Source: Collinsella sp. (GTDB lineage Bacteria; Actinomycetota; Coriobacteriia; Coriobacteriales; Coriobacteriaceae). From it: a DNA stretch of 64,000 nucleotides. The stretch is from NCBI GenBank assembly GCA_048342015.1, contig DBGDFS010000030.1, positions 3,709-67,708 on the forward strand. The letters run 5' to 3'. The notes under the pieces are model-generated. The model was given only the letters and a program-made list of their open reading frames with translations. It searched no databases and was not told the DNA's origin. Of this stretch, positions 18,623-28,545 are shown piece by piece (the first letter of the stretch is position 1; each line of letters starts with the position of its first letter). Both the position numbers and the translations under genes were made by a program.

Positions 18623-21076
18623 CTAGCCGCGGACCTCGCCGTTTACGCCCTTGCACACCTTGGTGACGATCTTCTGGTGCGCTTTTTCGACCTCTTCGCT
18701 GGTGAGCGTATGGTCGTCGGAGCGATACGTAAGCGCGAAGGCCATGGACTTCTTGCCCTTGCCAATGCGGACCGGGTCGCGGTACACGTCGAACAGGCGC
18801 ACGCCCTCGAGCAGCTTGCCGCCGGCACTGGCGATGCGACGCTCAAGGTCCTCGCAGGTCACAGCGTTATCGACCACGATAGCCAAGTCGTGCTCGACGG
18901 CCGGGTACTGCGAGAACTCGCGGTAGTTCTCCTGGTTACGGGCACCCTTGATCAGCTTGTCCAAATCGAGCTCAAAGGCGACGACGACCTCGTCGATGCC
19001 GCAGGCCTCGCGCGCCTCGGGGTGGATCTCGCCGACCCAGCCTAGCACGGTACCGCCAGACAGAACCTCGGCCGCGCGGCCCGGCTGCAAGAAGGCGTAG
19101 CCCTCGCCCTCGACGGGACGGAAGCGAACCTTCTCGATACGCAGCTGGGCGAGCAGCTCCTCCACGATGCCCTTGCCATAGAAGAAGCGCAGCTTGCGGT
19201 ACTTCATGTTCCAGGACTGCTCGCTCCACTGGCCCGAGAGCACGCCCGCCACGGACTTGGTCTCCTTGGGCAGGCTGGCGTTCTCGCGGCCGTGGAACAG
19301 GCTGCCCACCTCGTACAGGTGCACGTTGGGCGTGCCGTGGGCCTCGTTGTAGGCTACCGACTGCAAAAGGCCCGGCAGCAGCGAGCGGCGCATCTCGGTC
19401 TGCTCGGCCACCAGCGGGTTCATGAGCACCACGGGGCAGCCGCGGCCCTCGGTGGGCATGCCGATCTTCTCCAGGTCGCCCGGGGCGGCAAAACCAAAGG
19501 TCGTGGTCTCGTTGAGGCCGCAGGCGCGCAGGATCTCGCCGACCTTGCGGGTGAGCTTTTGCTCGCGGGTCAGGCCGCCGATATGGTTCTTGGCAGCCGG
19601 GATGGTCGCCGTCACGCGGCCCATGCCCCACAGACGCAGGACCTCCTCGATCAGGTCGATCTCGCGCGGCAGGTCGGGACGGAAGCTCGGCGGGGTCACC
19701 ATAAAGTCCTCGCCCTCACGCTCGACGGTGCAGCCCAGGCGGGTGAGCGAGCGCTCGATAAAGTCGGGCTCGATGTCGGCGCCGCAGATGGCGTGCACGC
19801 GAGCCAAGCGCAGCTTGATGCTGTCGATGGTCTTGGGCGCGGGGAACACGTCCACATAGCCGGGGGCGACCTCGCCGCCGGCGATCTCCTCGATCAGCGC
19901 GCAGGCCACGTTGGCGACGTCCACGCAGCCGGTCTCGTCGACCTGGCGCTCAAAGCGGATGGAGGCGTCCGAAATCAGCGACAGGTCGCGGCTGGTGTGC
20001 GAGGTGCGGCCGGCGTTGAAGCAGGCGCTCTCGACCATCACGTCGACGGTGTCGTCCTCAATCTCGGAATCCATGCCACCCATGACGCCGGCCAGCGCCA
20101 CGGGACGCTCGCCGTCGGTGATCAGGCCCATGCCGGCGTCGAGCGTGCGCTCCTCGCCGTCGAGGGTCGTGAACTTCTCGTCCTGCTGGGCGGCGCGAAC
20201 CACCACGCGCCGTTTGCCCTCACGCTCGGCAAAGGTGTCAAGGTCAAAGGCGTGCAGCGGCTGACCGGTGAGCATCATCACGTAGTTGGTGATGTCGACG
20301 ATGTTGTTGTGCGGGCGCACGCCCAGGGCATTGAGGCGCTTGACCATCCAGTCGGGCGACGGGCCCACCTTCACGTTGCGCACGATGCGGGCGACATAGC
20401 GGTCGCACAGGCCCTCGTCGGCAATCTCGACCGAAAGCTCGTCGTCCGTCGCGCGGCCGGTCTCGGCCTTGATGGCGGGCAGCTCAACGTGGAAATCGCG
20501 GTCGAAGATGGCGCCGGTCTCGCGGGCCATGCCGATCATGGACAGGCAGTCGGGGCGGTTGGGCGTGATCTCGCAGTCGAGCACGGTGTCGCTGGAGCCC
20601 ACATACTCGGCAAACGGCATGCCGCAGGGCGTATCCTCGGGCAGAATCATAATGCCGGAGTGATCACCGCCCAGACCGAGCTCGCGCGCGGAGCAGTTCA
20701 TGCCCATGGACACGACGCCGCGCAGCTTGCTCTTTTTGATCTTGACGTCGCCGGGCAGCACGGCGCCGATCATGGCCGTGACAATGTGGTCGCCGGCCTC
20801 AAAGTTCTGCGCGCCGCAGACGATCTGCAGCGGAGCGGGGTTGCCGTCGGCGTCGAGGTTCTTGTCGCCCACGTCGACCGAGCACACATACATGTGGTCA
20901 CTATCGGGGTGCGGGGTCTTGGTGATTACCTGGGCGGTCACCACGTGGTCAAAGGACTCGCCCACGGTGTCGATCGCCTCGACCTCGGTACCGGTACGGA
21001 TATATTCGTCCGAAAGGGTCTTGGGATCCTCCGGAATATCGATCATGGTCTTGAGCCAGTCGTAAGAAACGCGCAT
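18623..21076 (-). CDS. pheT: Phenylalanine-tRNA ligase beta subunit
   Basis: MRVSYDWL, IVCGAQN, ITPNRPDCLS, PSFRPDL..EIDLIEEV, FDX-ACB C-terminus. Confidence 0.97.
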   Translation of the reverse strand: MRVSYDWLKTMIDIPEDPKTLSDEYIRTGTEVEAIDTVGESFDHVVTAQVITKTPHPDSDHMYVCSVDVGDKNLDADGNPAPLQIVCGAQNFEAGDHIVTAMIGAVLPGDVKIKKSKLRGVVSMGMNCSARELGLGGDHSGIMILPEDTPCGMPFAEYVGSSDTVLDCEITPNRPDCLSMIGMARETGAIFDRDFHVELPAIKAETGRATDDELSVEIADEGLCDRYVARIVRNVKVGPSPDWMVKRLNALGVRPHNNIVDITNYVMMLTGQPLHAFDLDTFAEREGKRRVVVRAAQQDEKFTTLDGEERTLDAGMGLITDGERPVALAGVMGGMDSEIEDDTVDVMVESACFNAGRTSHTSRDLSLISDASIRFERQVDETGCVDVANVACALIEEIAGGEVAPGYVDVFPAPKTIDSIKLRLARVHAICGADIEPDFIERSLTRLGCTVEREGEDFMVTPPSFRPDLPREIDLIEEVLRLWGMGRVTATIPAAKNHIGGLTREQKLTRKVGEILRACGLNETTTFGFAAPGDLEKIGMPTEGRGCPVVLMNPLVAEQTEMRRSLLPGLLQSVAYNEAHGTPNVHLYEVGSLFHGRENASLPKETKSVAGVLSGQWSEQSWNMKYRKLRFFYGKGIVEELLAQLRIEKVRFRPVEGEGYAFLQPGRAAEVLSGGTVLGWVGEIHPEAREACGIDEVVVAFELDLDKLIKGARNQENYREFSQYPAVEHDLAIVVDNAVTCEDLERRIASAGGKLLEGVRLFDVYRDPVRIGKGKKSMAFALTYRSDDHTLTSEEVEKAHQKIVTKVCKGVNGEVRG

Positions 21077-21135
21077 GTAGCTCTCCTAGTTCTTAATCTC
21101 CGCAAGGGGAGGAATATCAAATGAAGACGTTCGCC

Positions 21136-21242
21136 TTAGGGTTGTCCAGGTGCCCCAGGTTGGCGTGAAAGAGGAGCGACGCGTACTAAAGGTACGCGAG
21201 CGACGGTTTGAACGCCAAGATGGGGTGCATGGGCAAGCCTAA
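21136..21242. repeat. Repeat family B long hairpin, between pheS and pheT
   Basis: TTAGG...CCTAA ends; core CGTGAAAGAGGAG..GCGTAC..GTACGCGA..GACGGTTTGAACG shared with the 47331 copy. Confidence 0.7.
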
Positions 21243-22315
21243 AATTGGTTGAGGAAGCGCATATCGCCTGTCATGAGCGTTCGCAGGTCCGGCAGGTCGT
21301 AGCGCAGTGCCGCGACGCGCTCGGCGCCAATACCAAAGGCGAAGCCGGTGTACTTCTCGGGGTCGATGCCGCAGTTGATAAGGACGTTGGGATCGACCAT
21401 ACCGCAGCCCAGAATCTCGATCCAGCCGCTGTGCTTGCAGAAGTTGCAGCCCTTGCCGCCGCACACGTGGCAGCTCACGTCCACCTCGCAGCTAGGCTCG
21501 GTGAAGGGGAAGAAGTGCGGGCGGTAGCGCGTTTTGCGGTCCTCGCCAAACATGCACTTAACAAAATAGTCGAGCGTACCCTTGAGGTCGCCGAAAGTAA
21601 TGCCCTCGTCCACGACCAGGCCCTCGATCTGGTTAAACTGCGGCAGGTGGCAGGCATCGGCCGTATCGGGACGGTAGACGGTGCCCGGGCAGATCATGTA
21701 GATGGGCGGCTTCTGCGACTCCATGGTGTGGATCTGCACGCCCGAGGTCTGGGTGCGCAGCAGCACGTCGGACTCGCCGTGGGCGTGCGCCTCGGGGTGC
21801 GCAACGCTGCCGGGGTTGTTGTCGACCACGTAAAACGTGTCGCGGGCCGAACGGCTCGGGTGATCCATGGGGGCGTTGAGCGCCGTGAAGTTGTAGTAGG
21901 AGGTGTCGACCATGGGGCCGGACTCGACAGTGTAGCCGATGCCGCAGAAGATGTCCTCGGCCTCCTCGATGATCTGCTTGATCAGGTGCTGGTGACCGAT
22001 CTGCGGACGGATGCCCGGCAGCGTGATGTCGACGGCATCGTGCTCGAGTGCGTGCTTAAGGGCGGCGGCCTTCATCTCGGTCGTGCGCTCGTCGAGCATG
22101 CCCTCGATCAGCTGGCGCATCTCGTTGGCGCGCTTGCCCATAACGGGACGATCCTCGGGGGCGAGCTTGCCCATCATGCGCATCAGGCCGGTGATGCGGC
22201 CCTTGCGGCCGAGCAGCGCGACGCGCGCGGCCTCGAGCTTCTCGGCGTCGTCGGCGCCTGCGACGAGCTCCTTGGCCTCTTCCTCGAGTTTGACCAGATC
22301 ATCAATCAGACTCAT
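21239..22315 (-). CDS. pheS: Phenylalanine-tRNA ligase alpha subunit
   Basis: HPSR..RDTFY, LLRTQTS, FFPFTEPS, GFAFGIGAER; ATG 22315 after AAGGGA. Confidence 0.97.
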   Translation of the reverse strand: MSLIDDLVKLEEEAKELVAGADDAEKLEAARVALLGRKGRITGLMRMMGKLAPEDRPVMGKRANEMRQLIEGMLDERTTEMKAAALKHALEHDAVDITLPGIRPQIGHQHLIKQIIEEAEDIFCGIGYTVESGPMVDTSYYNFTALNAPMDHPSRSARDTFYVVDNNPGSVAHPEAHAHGESDVLLRTQTSGVQIHTMESQKPPIYMICPGTVYRPDTADACHLPQFNQIEGLVVDEGITFGDLKGTLDYFVKCMFGEDRKTRYRPHFFPFTEPSCEVDVSCHVCGGKGCNFCKHSGWIEILGCGMVDPNVLINCGIDPEKYTGFAFGIGAERVAALRYDLPDLRTLMTGDMRFLNQF

Positions 22316-22398
22316 GTCTTCCCTTTCGTCTCTCGCGCATCCGCGCTCCGGGACGGCTGACGCCGCCCGATGCTGCGGATGCGCGGCCCGGTTCGGTA

Positions 22399-22685
22399 AC
22401 AAAAAACCGCCCTCGGGCATGTGCATTGCCCAAGGACGGTTAAATTCCGCGGTACCACCTTGTTTGACCCGGCGGATGTCTGGCCCGCCGCGCCCACTCT
22501 GCGCCCCTTATCGCGAGGCTCACGGCTTCCCTACTGGGGCCTCGCTGCCGCCGGCCGCGTGCCCGTTGAGGTCGCTGCTCGGGAGTGAACGCTTGGCCCT
22601 TGCCACCGCAGGAAGGCTTGCAGCCCATGACCTTCCCTCTCTTGCCGGCGACGCGGCGGGCAAAACCCTCTCCGTCAACGCATTG
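22399..22685 (-). promoter_or_regulatory. T-box riboswitch (Phe) with intrinsic terminator
   Basis: T-box AAACAAGGTGGTACCGCGG at 22465-22447; AGAGA and GGCTG stem I motifs; specifier TTC at 22589-22587; terminator CCGTCCTTGGGCA..TGCCCGAGGGCGG-TTTTTT. Confidence 0.9.
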
Positions 22686-22818
22686 GGCTATAGGATAACA
22701 CATTTCGCGAGCGCATCGCCGCGTTCCGTTTTGTTCGCGCTGGGTACAAGGCAGGTAGCTGTGCAAACTGGCCGCGCACCCGCTTGCGACGCTCGGCCTG
22801 CGAGATTAAGGATACGGT

Positions 22819-24402
22819 ATGGGAAAGAAACTCGATAAGAAGGCCAAGGCAGCCGTGGCAAAGGCCGCCAAGGGCGTCAAGGCCGCTAAAGTCGACAAGG
22901 CCGTCAAAAAGTTCCGCAAACTCGAGGGCAAGCTGTGGACTCGCGAGTACCTGCTCAAGATTGCCGAGTTCGATGGAGCGACGATTGCTCCTGCCAACGG
23001 CGCTGCCGCCCGTGCCGACGCCATGGGCACGCTTGCCGGCGAACATCACAAGCTACTGACCTGCGAGAAGTCTGTTGAGCTCGTACGCTCGTTAGCGCGC
23101 GAGACGGTCGCCGGCGGCAAAATCGACGACCCGCAGCTGCTCGACGAGATCCGTGTGCTCGGTCGCGACCAGCGCGAGGCAAGCGTCATCCCCACCGAGG
23201 AGGCCGAGGCCTGGACCAGGCTCACCTGCGAGGCCGATGCCGTGTGGCACAAGGCCAAGACGGCCAATGACTGGGCGAGCTTTGAGCCCTATGTGGACAA
23301 GATCGTCGCCCAACTTAAGCATCAGGCAGAGCTCATGGACCCCCAGCGCGACCCATACGACGTTTGGCTCGACCAGTACGAGCGTGGTCTTTCTGCCAAG
23401 AGCTTCGACGCGTTTTGCGACGAGGTCAAGGCCACGGTCGTGCCGCTCGTGCACGCCATCGGCGAGCGCGGCCAGCAGCCCGCTGCCGACTTTTTGCACG
23501 CGCATGTGCCCGAGGCCGCCCAGCGAGCCATGAGCTTCGACCTGATGAAGCTCGTCGGTCTTAACCTGGACGACACCACGCTTGCCTTTACCGAGCATCC
23601 GTTTAGCGAGGGCTTTGCCGTGGGCGATGCGCGCATCGCGACGCACATCTACGAGAACGACTGTATCTCCAACGTCTTCAGCATCATCCACGAGGCAGGT
23701 CACGCCATGTACGAGCTGGGCGTGAACCCCGCCTATGCGCGCACGTGCCTGGAGGGTGGCACCTCCATGGGCATCCACGAGAGCCAGAGCCGCTTTTTCG
23801 AAAACACCGTGGGTCGCAGTCGCGCCTTTATGGGACCGCTGCTCGAGGTGCTGCGCCGCCACGCACCCGAGGTCTACGGCGACGTCGACGAGGACACGCT
23901 CTACCACGCCGTGAACATCGCACAGCCTTCGCTGATCCGCACCGAGGCCGACGAGCTCACCTATCCGCTGCACGTTATGGTGCGCTACGAGATCGAGCGC
24001 ATGCTGTTTGCCGGCGAGGCCACGGCCAAGGACATCCCCGCGCTTTGGAACCGCTTCATGGATGAGTACCTGGGCATTCCCGTTCCCGACGACACGCACG
24101 GCTGCCTACAGGATACGCACTGGAGCGGCGGCTCGTTTGGCTACTTCCCCACCTATGCGCTGGGCAGCGCCTACGACGCCATGTTTGTGCCGGCCATGTG
24201 CCGCGACGGTGTCGACCTCAACGGCGCCTGTGCGAGCGGCGACCTGACACCCGTCCGCGCCTGGCTGGGCGAGCACATTTGGCAGTGGGGCCGCGCCAAG
24301 GACGCGCCGGAGCTCATCAAGGGCGCGTGCGGCATGGCGTTCGATGCCCGCTACTACTGCAGCTACCTGCAGGACAAGTTCACCACGCTCTACGAACTGT
24401 AA
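22819..24402 (+). CDS. M32 family carboxypeptidase
   Basis: HPF, DARIAT, HEAGH, HESQ, IRTEADE, GCLQDTHW, GYFPTY. Confidence 0.93.
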   Translation: MGKKLDKKAKAAVAKAAKGVKAAKVDKAVKKFRKLEGKLWTREYLLKIAEFDGATIAPANGAAARADAMGTLAGEHHKLLTCEKSVELVRSLARETVAGGKIDDPQLLDEIRVLGRDQREASVIPTEEAEAWTRLTCEADAVWHKAKTANDWASFEPYVDKIVAQLKHQAELMDPQRDPYDVWLDQYERGLSAKSFDAFCDEVKATVVPLVHAIGERGQQPAADFLHAHVPEAAQRAMSFDLMKLVGLNLDDTTLAFTEHPFSEGFAVGDARIATHIYENDCISNVFSIIHEAGHAMYELGVNPAYARTCLEGGTSMGIHESQSRFFENTVGRSRAFMGPLLEVLRRHAPEVYGDVDEDTLYHAVNIAQPSLIRTEADELTYPLHVMVRYEIERMLFAGEATAKDIPALWNRFMDEYLGIPVPDDTHGCLQDTHWSGGSFGYFPTYALGSAYDAMFVPAMCRDGVDLNGACASGDLTPVRAWLGEHIWQWGRAKDAPELIKGACGMAFDARYYCSYLQDKFTTLYEL

Positions 24403-24424
24403 GGCATAACCGACACGCCAACGC

Positions 24425-24466
24425 AAAGGGGACGCCGCGGAACCAATCCGCAGCGCCCCCTTTTTT
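24425..24466 (+). terminator. Intrinsic terminator after carboxypeptidase
   Basis: GC-rich imperfect stem followed by T6. Confidence 0.65.
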
Positions 24467-24524
24467 CACTCAATAACTAGGTACCCAATGACTAGTTCGT
24501 TGACGCTAATGTCTTGGCAACGTC

Positions 24525-24669
24525 AGCGAAAACGACCCTAAGCGAGCAAGGTGACGTGAAATGAAAGGGCGCTGACCTTCTGGTCGCGCCCTTGAAATTG
24601 AACGTCAGATTGCCGCTTGGGGCCGTTTGCAGCGTCGAGCAGTTACGCGGTTTGGTAAAACCGCGTAAC
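24525..24669. repeat. Repeat family B long hairpin plus small terminal hairpin, abutting glmM stop
   Basis: CAGCGAAAACG..CTAAGCGAGCAAGGTGACGTGAAA...TTGAACGTCAGATTGCCGCTT..CGTTTGCAGCGTCGA, then GTTACGCGGTTT..AAACCGCGTAAC. Confidence 0.85.
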
Positions 24670-26000
24670 TACAGAGCCTCGAGTGCGTTGGCGATGCGCT
24701 TCATGGCGGCATCGGCGGATGCTTGGTCAGGCGCCTCGGCCAGCACGCGGATAACCGACTCGGTTCCGCTCTTGCGCACGAGCACGCGGCCCTCGCCTGC
24801 CAGCGCAGCCTCGGCCTCGGCGATGGCGTTCTGCACGCCCATGTTCTCGAGCGCGGCGTCCTTGTCCGCCACGTGCACGGCCACCTGCGCCTGCGGCAGC
24901 AGCTTGCACGGAGCCGTGAGCTGCGAGAGCGTCTCGCGCTCGGCACGAATCACTTCCATCACGCGCAGCGAAGTCATAATGCCGTCGCCCGTGCGCTCGA
25001 TATCGCCAAAGATCGTATGGCCCGTCTGCTCGCCGCCCAAGCTGTAGCCGCCCTCGCGCATCTTGGCATACACGTGACGGTCGCCCACGCCGCTGGTCAC
25101 GGCGCTCAGACCGGCAAGCTCCAGCGACTTGACCAGGCCAAAGTTGCTGGCAATCGTCGGCACCACGGTACCGCCCGAGAGTCGCCCGTGCTTGTTCAGA
25201 TACACGCCGCACACGTACAGGATCTGGTCGCCGTCTACCACGCGACCGCGCTCATCCACGGCCAGGCAGCGGTCGGCATCGCCGTCGTAGGCAAAGCCCA
25301 CGTCCAGCCCCTGCTCCACCACGTGGCGCTGCAGGCGCTCCATATGCGTGGAGCCACAGTCGACGTTGATGTTAAAACCATCGGGCGCGGCATTGATCAC
25401 GCGCACGTCGGCGCCGAGCGCGTCAAACACCGGCTTGGCCACCGAGGAAGCCGAGCCGTTGGCGCAGTCAATACCGATCTTGACGCCCTGCAGCGAAAAG
25501 TTCGCGCTGGCGATGAGCGAAGCAATGTAGCGGTTGCGGCCCTGCATGTAGTCCACCGTGGCGCCGATGTGATTGCCCGTTGCCAGCGGCACCTCGCTCT
25601 TGCCATCGATGTAGTCCTCGATGAGCTCCAGCACGTCCTCGTCCATCTTAAAGCCGTCGCTGTTGACGAGCTTAATGCCGTTATCGCAAAACGGGTTGTG
25701 GCTCGCGCTGATCATGATGCCGCAATCGAAGCAGCCCTCTACGGTCTGATGCGCCACGCCCGGCGTGGGGATCACGTGCAGCATGTAGGCGTCCGCGCCA
25801 CTCGCGACCAAGCCACTCACCAGCGCCGCCTCGAACATATAACTCGAGCGACGCGTGTCCTTGCCCACGATCACGCGCGCCTTAGCACTGCGGTTGGCGC
25901 CGTAATACCAGCCCACAAAACGGCCAATCTTATAAGCGTGCTCTACCGTCAGCCCAACGTTGGCCTCACCGCGAAAGCCTTCGGTGCCAAAGTACTTCAT
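24669..26000 (-). CDS. glmM: Phosphoglucosamine mutase
   Basis: KYFGTEGFRG, ISASHNP, DGDADR, GGEQTGH, RKSGTE. Confidence 0.92.
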   Translation of the reverse strand: MKYFGTEGFRGEANVGLTVEHAYKIGRFVGWYYGANRSAKARVIVGKDTRRSSYMFEAALVSGLVASGADAYMLHVIPTPGVAHQTVEGCFDCGIMISASHNPFCDNGIKLVNSDGFKMDEDVLELIEDYIDGKSEVPLATGNHIGATVDYMQGRNRYIASLIASANFSLQGVKIGIDCANGSASSVAKPVFDALGADVRVINAAPDGFNINVDCGSTHMERLQRHVVEQGLDVGFAYDGDADRCLAVDERGRVVDGDQILYVCGVYLNKHGRLSGGTVVPTIASNFGLVKSLELAGLSAVTSGVGDRHVYAKMREGGYSLGGEQTGHTIFGDIERTGDGIMTSLRVMEVIRAERETLSQLTAPCKLLPQAQVAVHVADKDAALENMGVQNAIAEAEAALAGEGRVLVRKSGTESVIRVLAEAPDQASADAAMKRIANALEAL

Positions 26001-26083
26001 GCGCTCTCCTTACAAAATAGGGGCGGACAGATTGCCTGTCCGCCCCAAAATGGTACTCGATTATCTGCGCTACCAGAAAAACC

Positions 26084-28396
26084 CTACGCCGACGCGCTGT
26101 CGCGAGCCGCCTGGCATGTAGGAGTCTGACGCAGCGTAAGCGGCTTGTCCCCCGCCTCGGCCGACGTGGTCAGCGTATACGTGATCGTCGTCGTCTCGCC
26201 AGCATGCAGGTCAACGGTGCCCGAATAGCAGGGAACTCCGTGCCAAGTGGCAGCGAACAGTCCAAACTGAGTCCCCTCGACGTTTAGATCGGTAATGCTG
26301 CCGCCTGTCGGCGCAAACAGTGATACATACAAGCGCTCATCGTCACGCGAGGTCCCAGGCGCACTGGCCGCTACGTAGTCGGGCAGCTTACCTGCCTCCT
26401 CCTGCGTCATGATGTTCGTCAGGGTAACGGTGATGCGATACGAGCAAGCGCCGTCGCCGTTCTTCACGCCCTGACCAATCTGCGTATCGGCGTTCAGATA
26501 CCAGTCGAGCTTGGAGAAGCTCAGGTTGTTAAAGTAGACACCAGCAACGGGATCTTCACTCGGGTCATCCGGATCGGGCAGTGAGGCGTCGATGTTCATC
26601 TCCTTGATAGCGTTCTGCTCGTCATCGTTTTTCATCCACGCGATCAGGCGGCCCTCTTCGGCACCGCGCTCAACGGCGCTGACAAGGTTCGCAACATCGA
26701 CGTCGCCGATACCGCCAAGGATCTTGTCGAAGGCAGCGCTGGCGACGGATGCAAAGATGCCGTCCGACTCCTCGACCGGATAGTTCCAGTACACATCATG
26801 CATAAGCACCTTCGCCGCGTTAGTGCCGTCAACGACTGTACCGTCGGGCAGTGAAACATTACCCACGAGGCCCAACAGATACTGCAGGAATACCGGATCG
26901 ATACCAATGACGCCATCGACGTCCTGACCATATTCAGACTTCCACAGCGCGGCGACACGCTGCGAATTACGGGGCCAGTCGGGCGAATAGGTGTTGCCCG
27001 AGATGTATAGGTTGCTGTGGTCACCAAACAGCGTCTCATCTTCTTCGTCGACGCTCTCAACCGCCTCGTCTTTGCTGCGCGCAATGCAGGGAACAAACTC
27101 GCCAATCGACATCTGGCCGTCGGTGACCGAAATCAGGCCCTGCGAACCGCCAAAGCCGCCGCAAGCACGAATCTCGACGTTGTTCATGGCGTACACAAGG
27201 TAGTTGCGCGTCTGGCCGTTGGCGCCGAGCATCTGGGGAAGGACGGGGGCGACCTTCTCCGCCGCGTCAACCGCGCCGTTGAGGGTGGCAAAGCCGTCCT
27301 TGGCCTTATCGACCAGCTCGGTCACCTGGGAAATATGAGTATCGCCAATGCCCTGGATCTTCTCGTTGGCGCTCTTGAACACCTTCGAGCTGCTGGAAAG
27401 CGAATCGGCGACCGCCTGTAGCGCGGACACGTTAATCATGCCGTCCTGGAACAGCTTGCCGGGCGTGGCCTGCGAGAGGTTATCGGCCATGGGAACCAGC
27501 GCGTTGCTCGAGACATCGGACAGGGCATCAATCATGGTGCGGGCTGCGTTGATGTCACTGCCATACACCGGGATAAACGATGCCGCCGTCCACAGCGAGC
27601 TCGAGGTCTCCGCCTTCATGCTGTCGCAGAGCTCATCGATCTTCTTCGCGTCGTCGGGCAGCGTCGAAAAATCGCCCGACGTGACCTTGTCCTTAAGGCC
27701 ACCGACGATCTCGACAGCCTCCTTCGCTTCGCTCTTTACGGTCTTTGCCGAGTTAAGCAGCATAAAGCCGCTTGCGCCAAGCGCAACGAGAAGCACCGCG
27801 ACTACAGCGGCAATAATGGCGCCGGTGTGACGCTTTTTGCGCTCGCCCTTGCGATGGCGATGACGGACCAGACCGTCAGAGGTCGAACTCGACGAAGCAT
27901 CGCTACCGTAGTTCAAGCCAAAATCGTAATAATCTTCCTTGGAACCCGAGCCCGCAAACTCGGCACCGCTATCATCCAGGCGGGCGAACGTGCCAGTCTC
28001 GGAGGCGCCGGTGTAAATCGTGCCAAGGTTACCCGTAAGCCCCGCGCCACCGGCAGAGGGAGTATTGTTGGCGGCCTTGCCGGCATTAACGTTGCCGGCA
28101 GCATTCGCGGCGTTGGCAGCACCTGCGTTGTTCGCAGGCACCGAAGGAGCCCCGCTCGGCTGCGACGCGGAGGTTGCACCGCCCGCAAAGACATTCCCTC
28201 TTGCACGGCCGGTCTTTTTTGCCTTTTGAGACTGCTCGTACAGAGCGGTGAACATCGCCGTCTCGCCCGGGGACACGCGCTTACCGGAACCGCCCTGTCC
28301 AGCGCCGCCCGGCGTGCCGGCCTTACCAGCCCCGTTCGGACGCGGCGGAACTGCAGGACGGCCGCTATCGCTGCCCTTAAAGTGATTACCAGCCAT
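26084..28396 (-). CDS. DUF4012-type membrane-anchored protein with low-complexity N-terminus
   Basis: LPQMLG...RNYLV..NNVEIRACGGFGG, SPDWP, DGVIGIDPV, SKLDWY. Confidence 0.75.
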   Translation of the reverse strand: MAGNHFKGSDSGRPAVPPRPNGAGKAGTPGGAGQGGSGKRVSPGETAMFTALYEQSQKAKKTGRARGNVFAGGATSASQPSGAPSVPANNAGAANAANAAGNVNAGKAANNTPSAGGAGLTGNLGTIYTGASETGTFARLDDSGAEFAGSGSKEDYYDFGLNYGSDASSSSTSDGLVRHRHRKGERKKRHTGAIIAAVVAVLLVALGASGFMLLNSAKTVKSEAKEAVEIVGGLKDKVTSGDFSTLPDDAKKIDELCDSMKAETSSSLWTAASFIPVYGSDINAARTMIDALSDVSSNALVPMADNLSQATPGKLFQDGMINVSALQAVADSLSSSSKVFKSANEKIQGIGDTHISQVTELVDKAKDGFATLNGAVDAAEKVAPVLPQMLGANGQTRNYLVYAMNNVEIRACGGFGGSQGLISVTDGQMSIGEFVPCIARSKDEAVESVDEEDETLFGDHSNLYISGNTYSPDWPRNSQRVAALWKSEYGQDVDGVIGIDPVFLQYLLGLVGNVSLPDGTVVDGTNAAKVLMHDVYWNYPVEESDGIFASVASAAFDKILGGIGDVDVANLVSAVERGAEEGRLIAWMKNDDEQNAIKEMNIDASLPDPDDPSEDPVAGVYFNNLSFSKLDWYLNADTQIGQGVKNGDGACSYRITVTLTNIMTQEEAGKLPDYVAASAPGTSRDDERLYVSLFAPTGGSITDLNVEGTQFGLFAATWHGVPCYSGTVDLHAGETTTITYTLTTSAEAGDKPLTLRQTPTCQAARDSASA

Positions 28397-28545
28397 AAAG
28401 AAATCCTCGCAATTGAGTCGCAATGAAAAAGTCCATAACGTTACTAGTTTATGGCATTTTGAGCATCGACAGCTAAACTCCAGACACGGACGTCAATTGG
28501 CGAAAATGCGGCACAACACCTTTTCCGTCTTGGCGGCGGCGTCAA

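Noticed and set aside
22316..22426. Longer pheS start given in the ORF track
   Set aside because: Extension runs through the T-box terminator; ATG 22315 has a proper RBS
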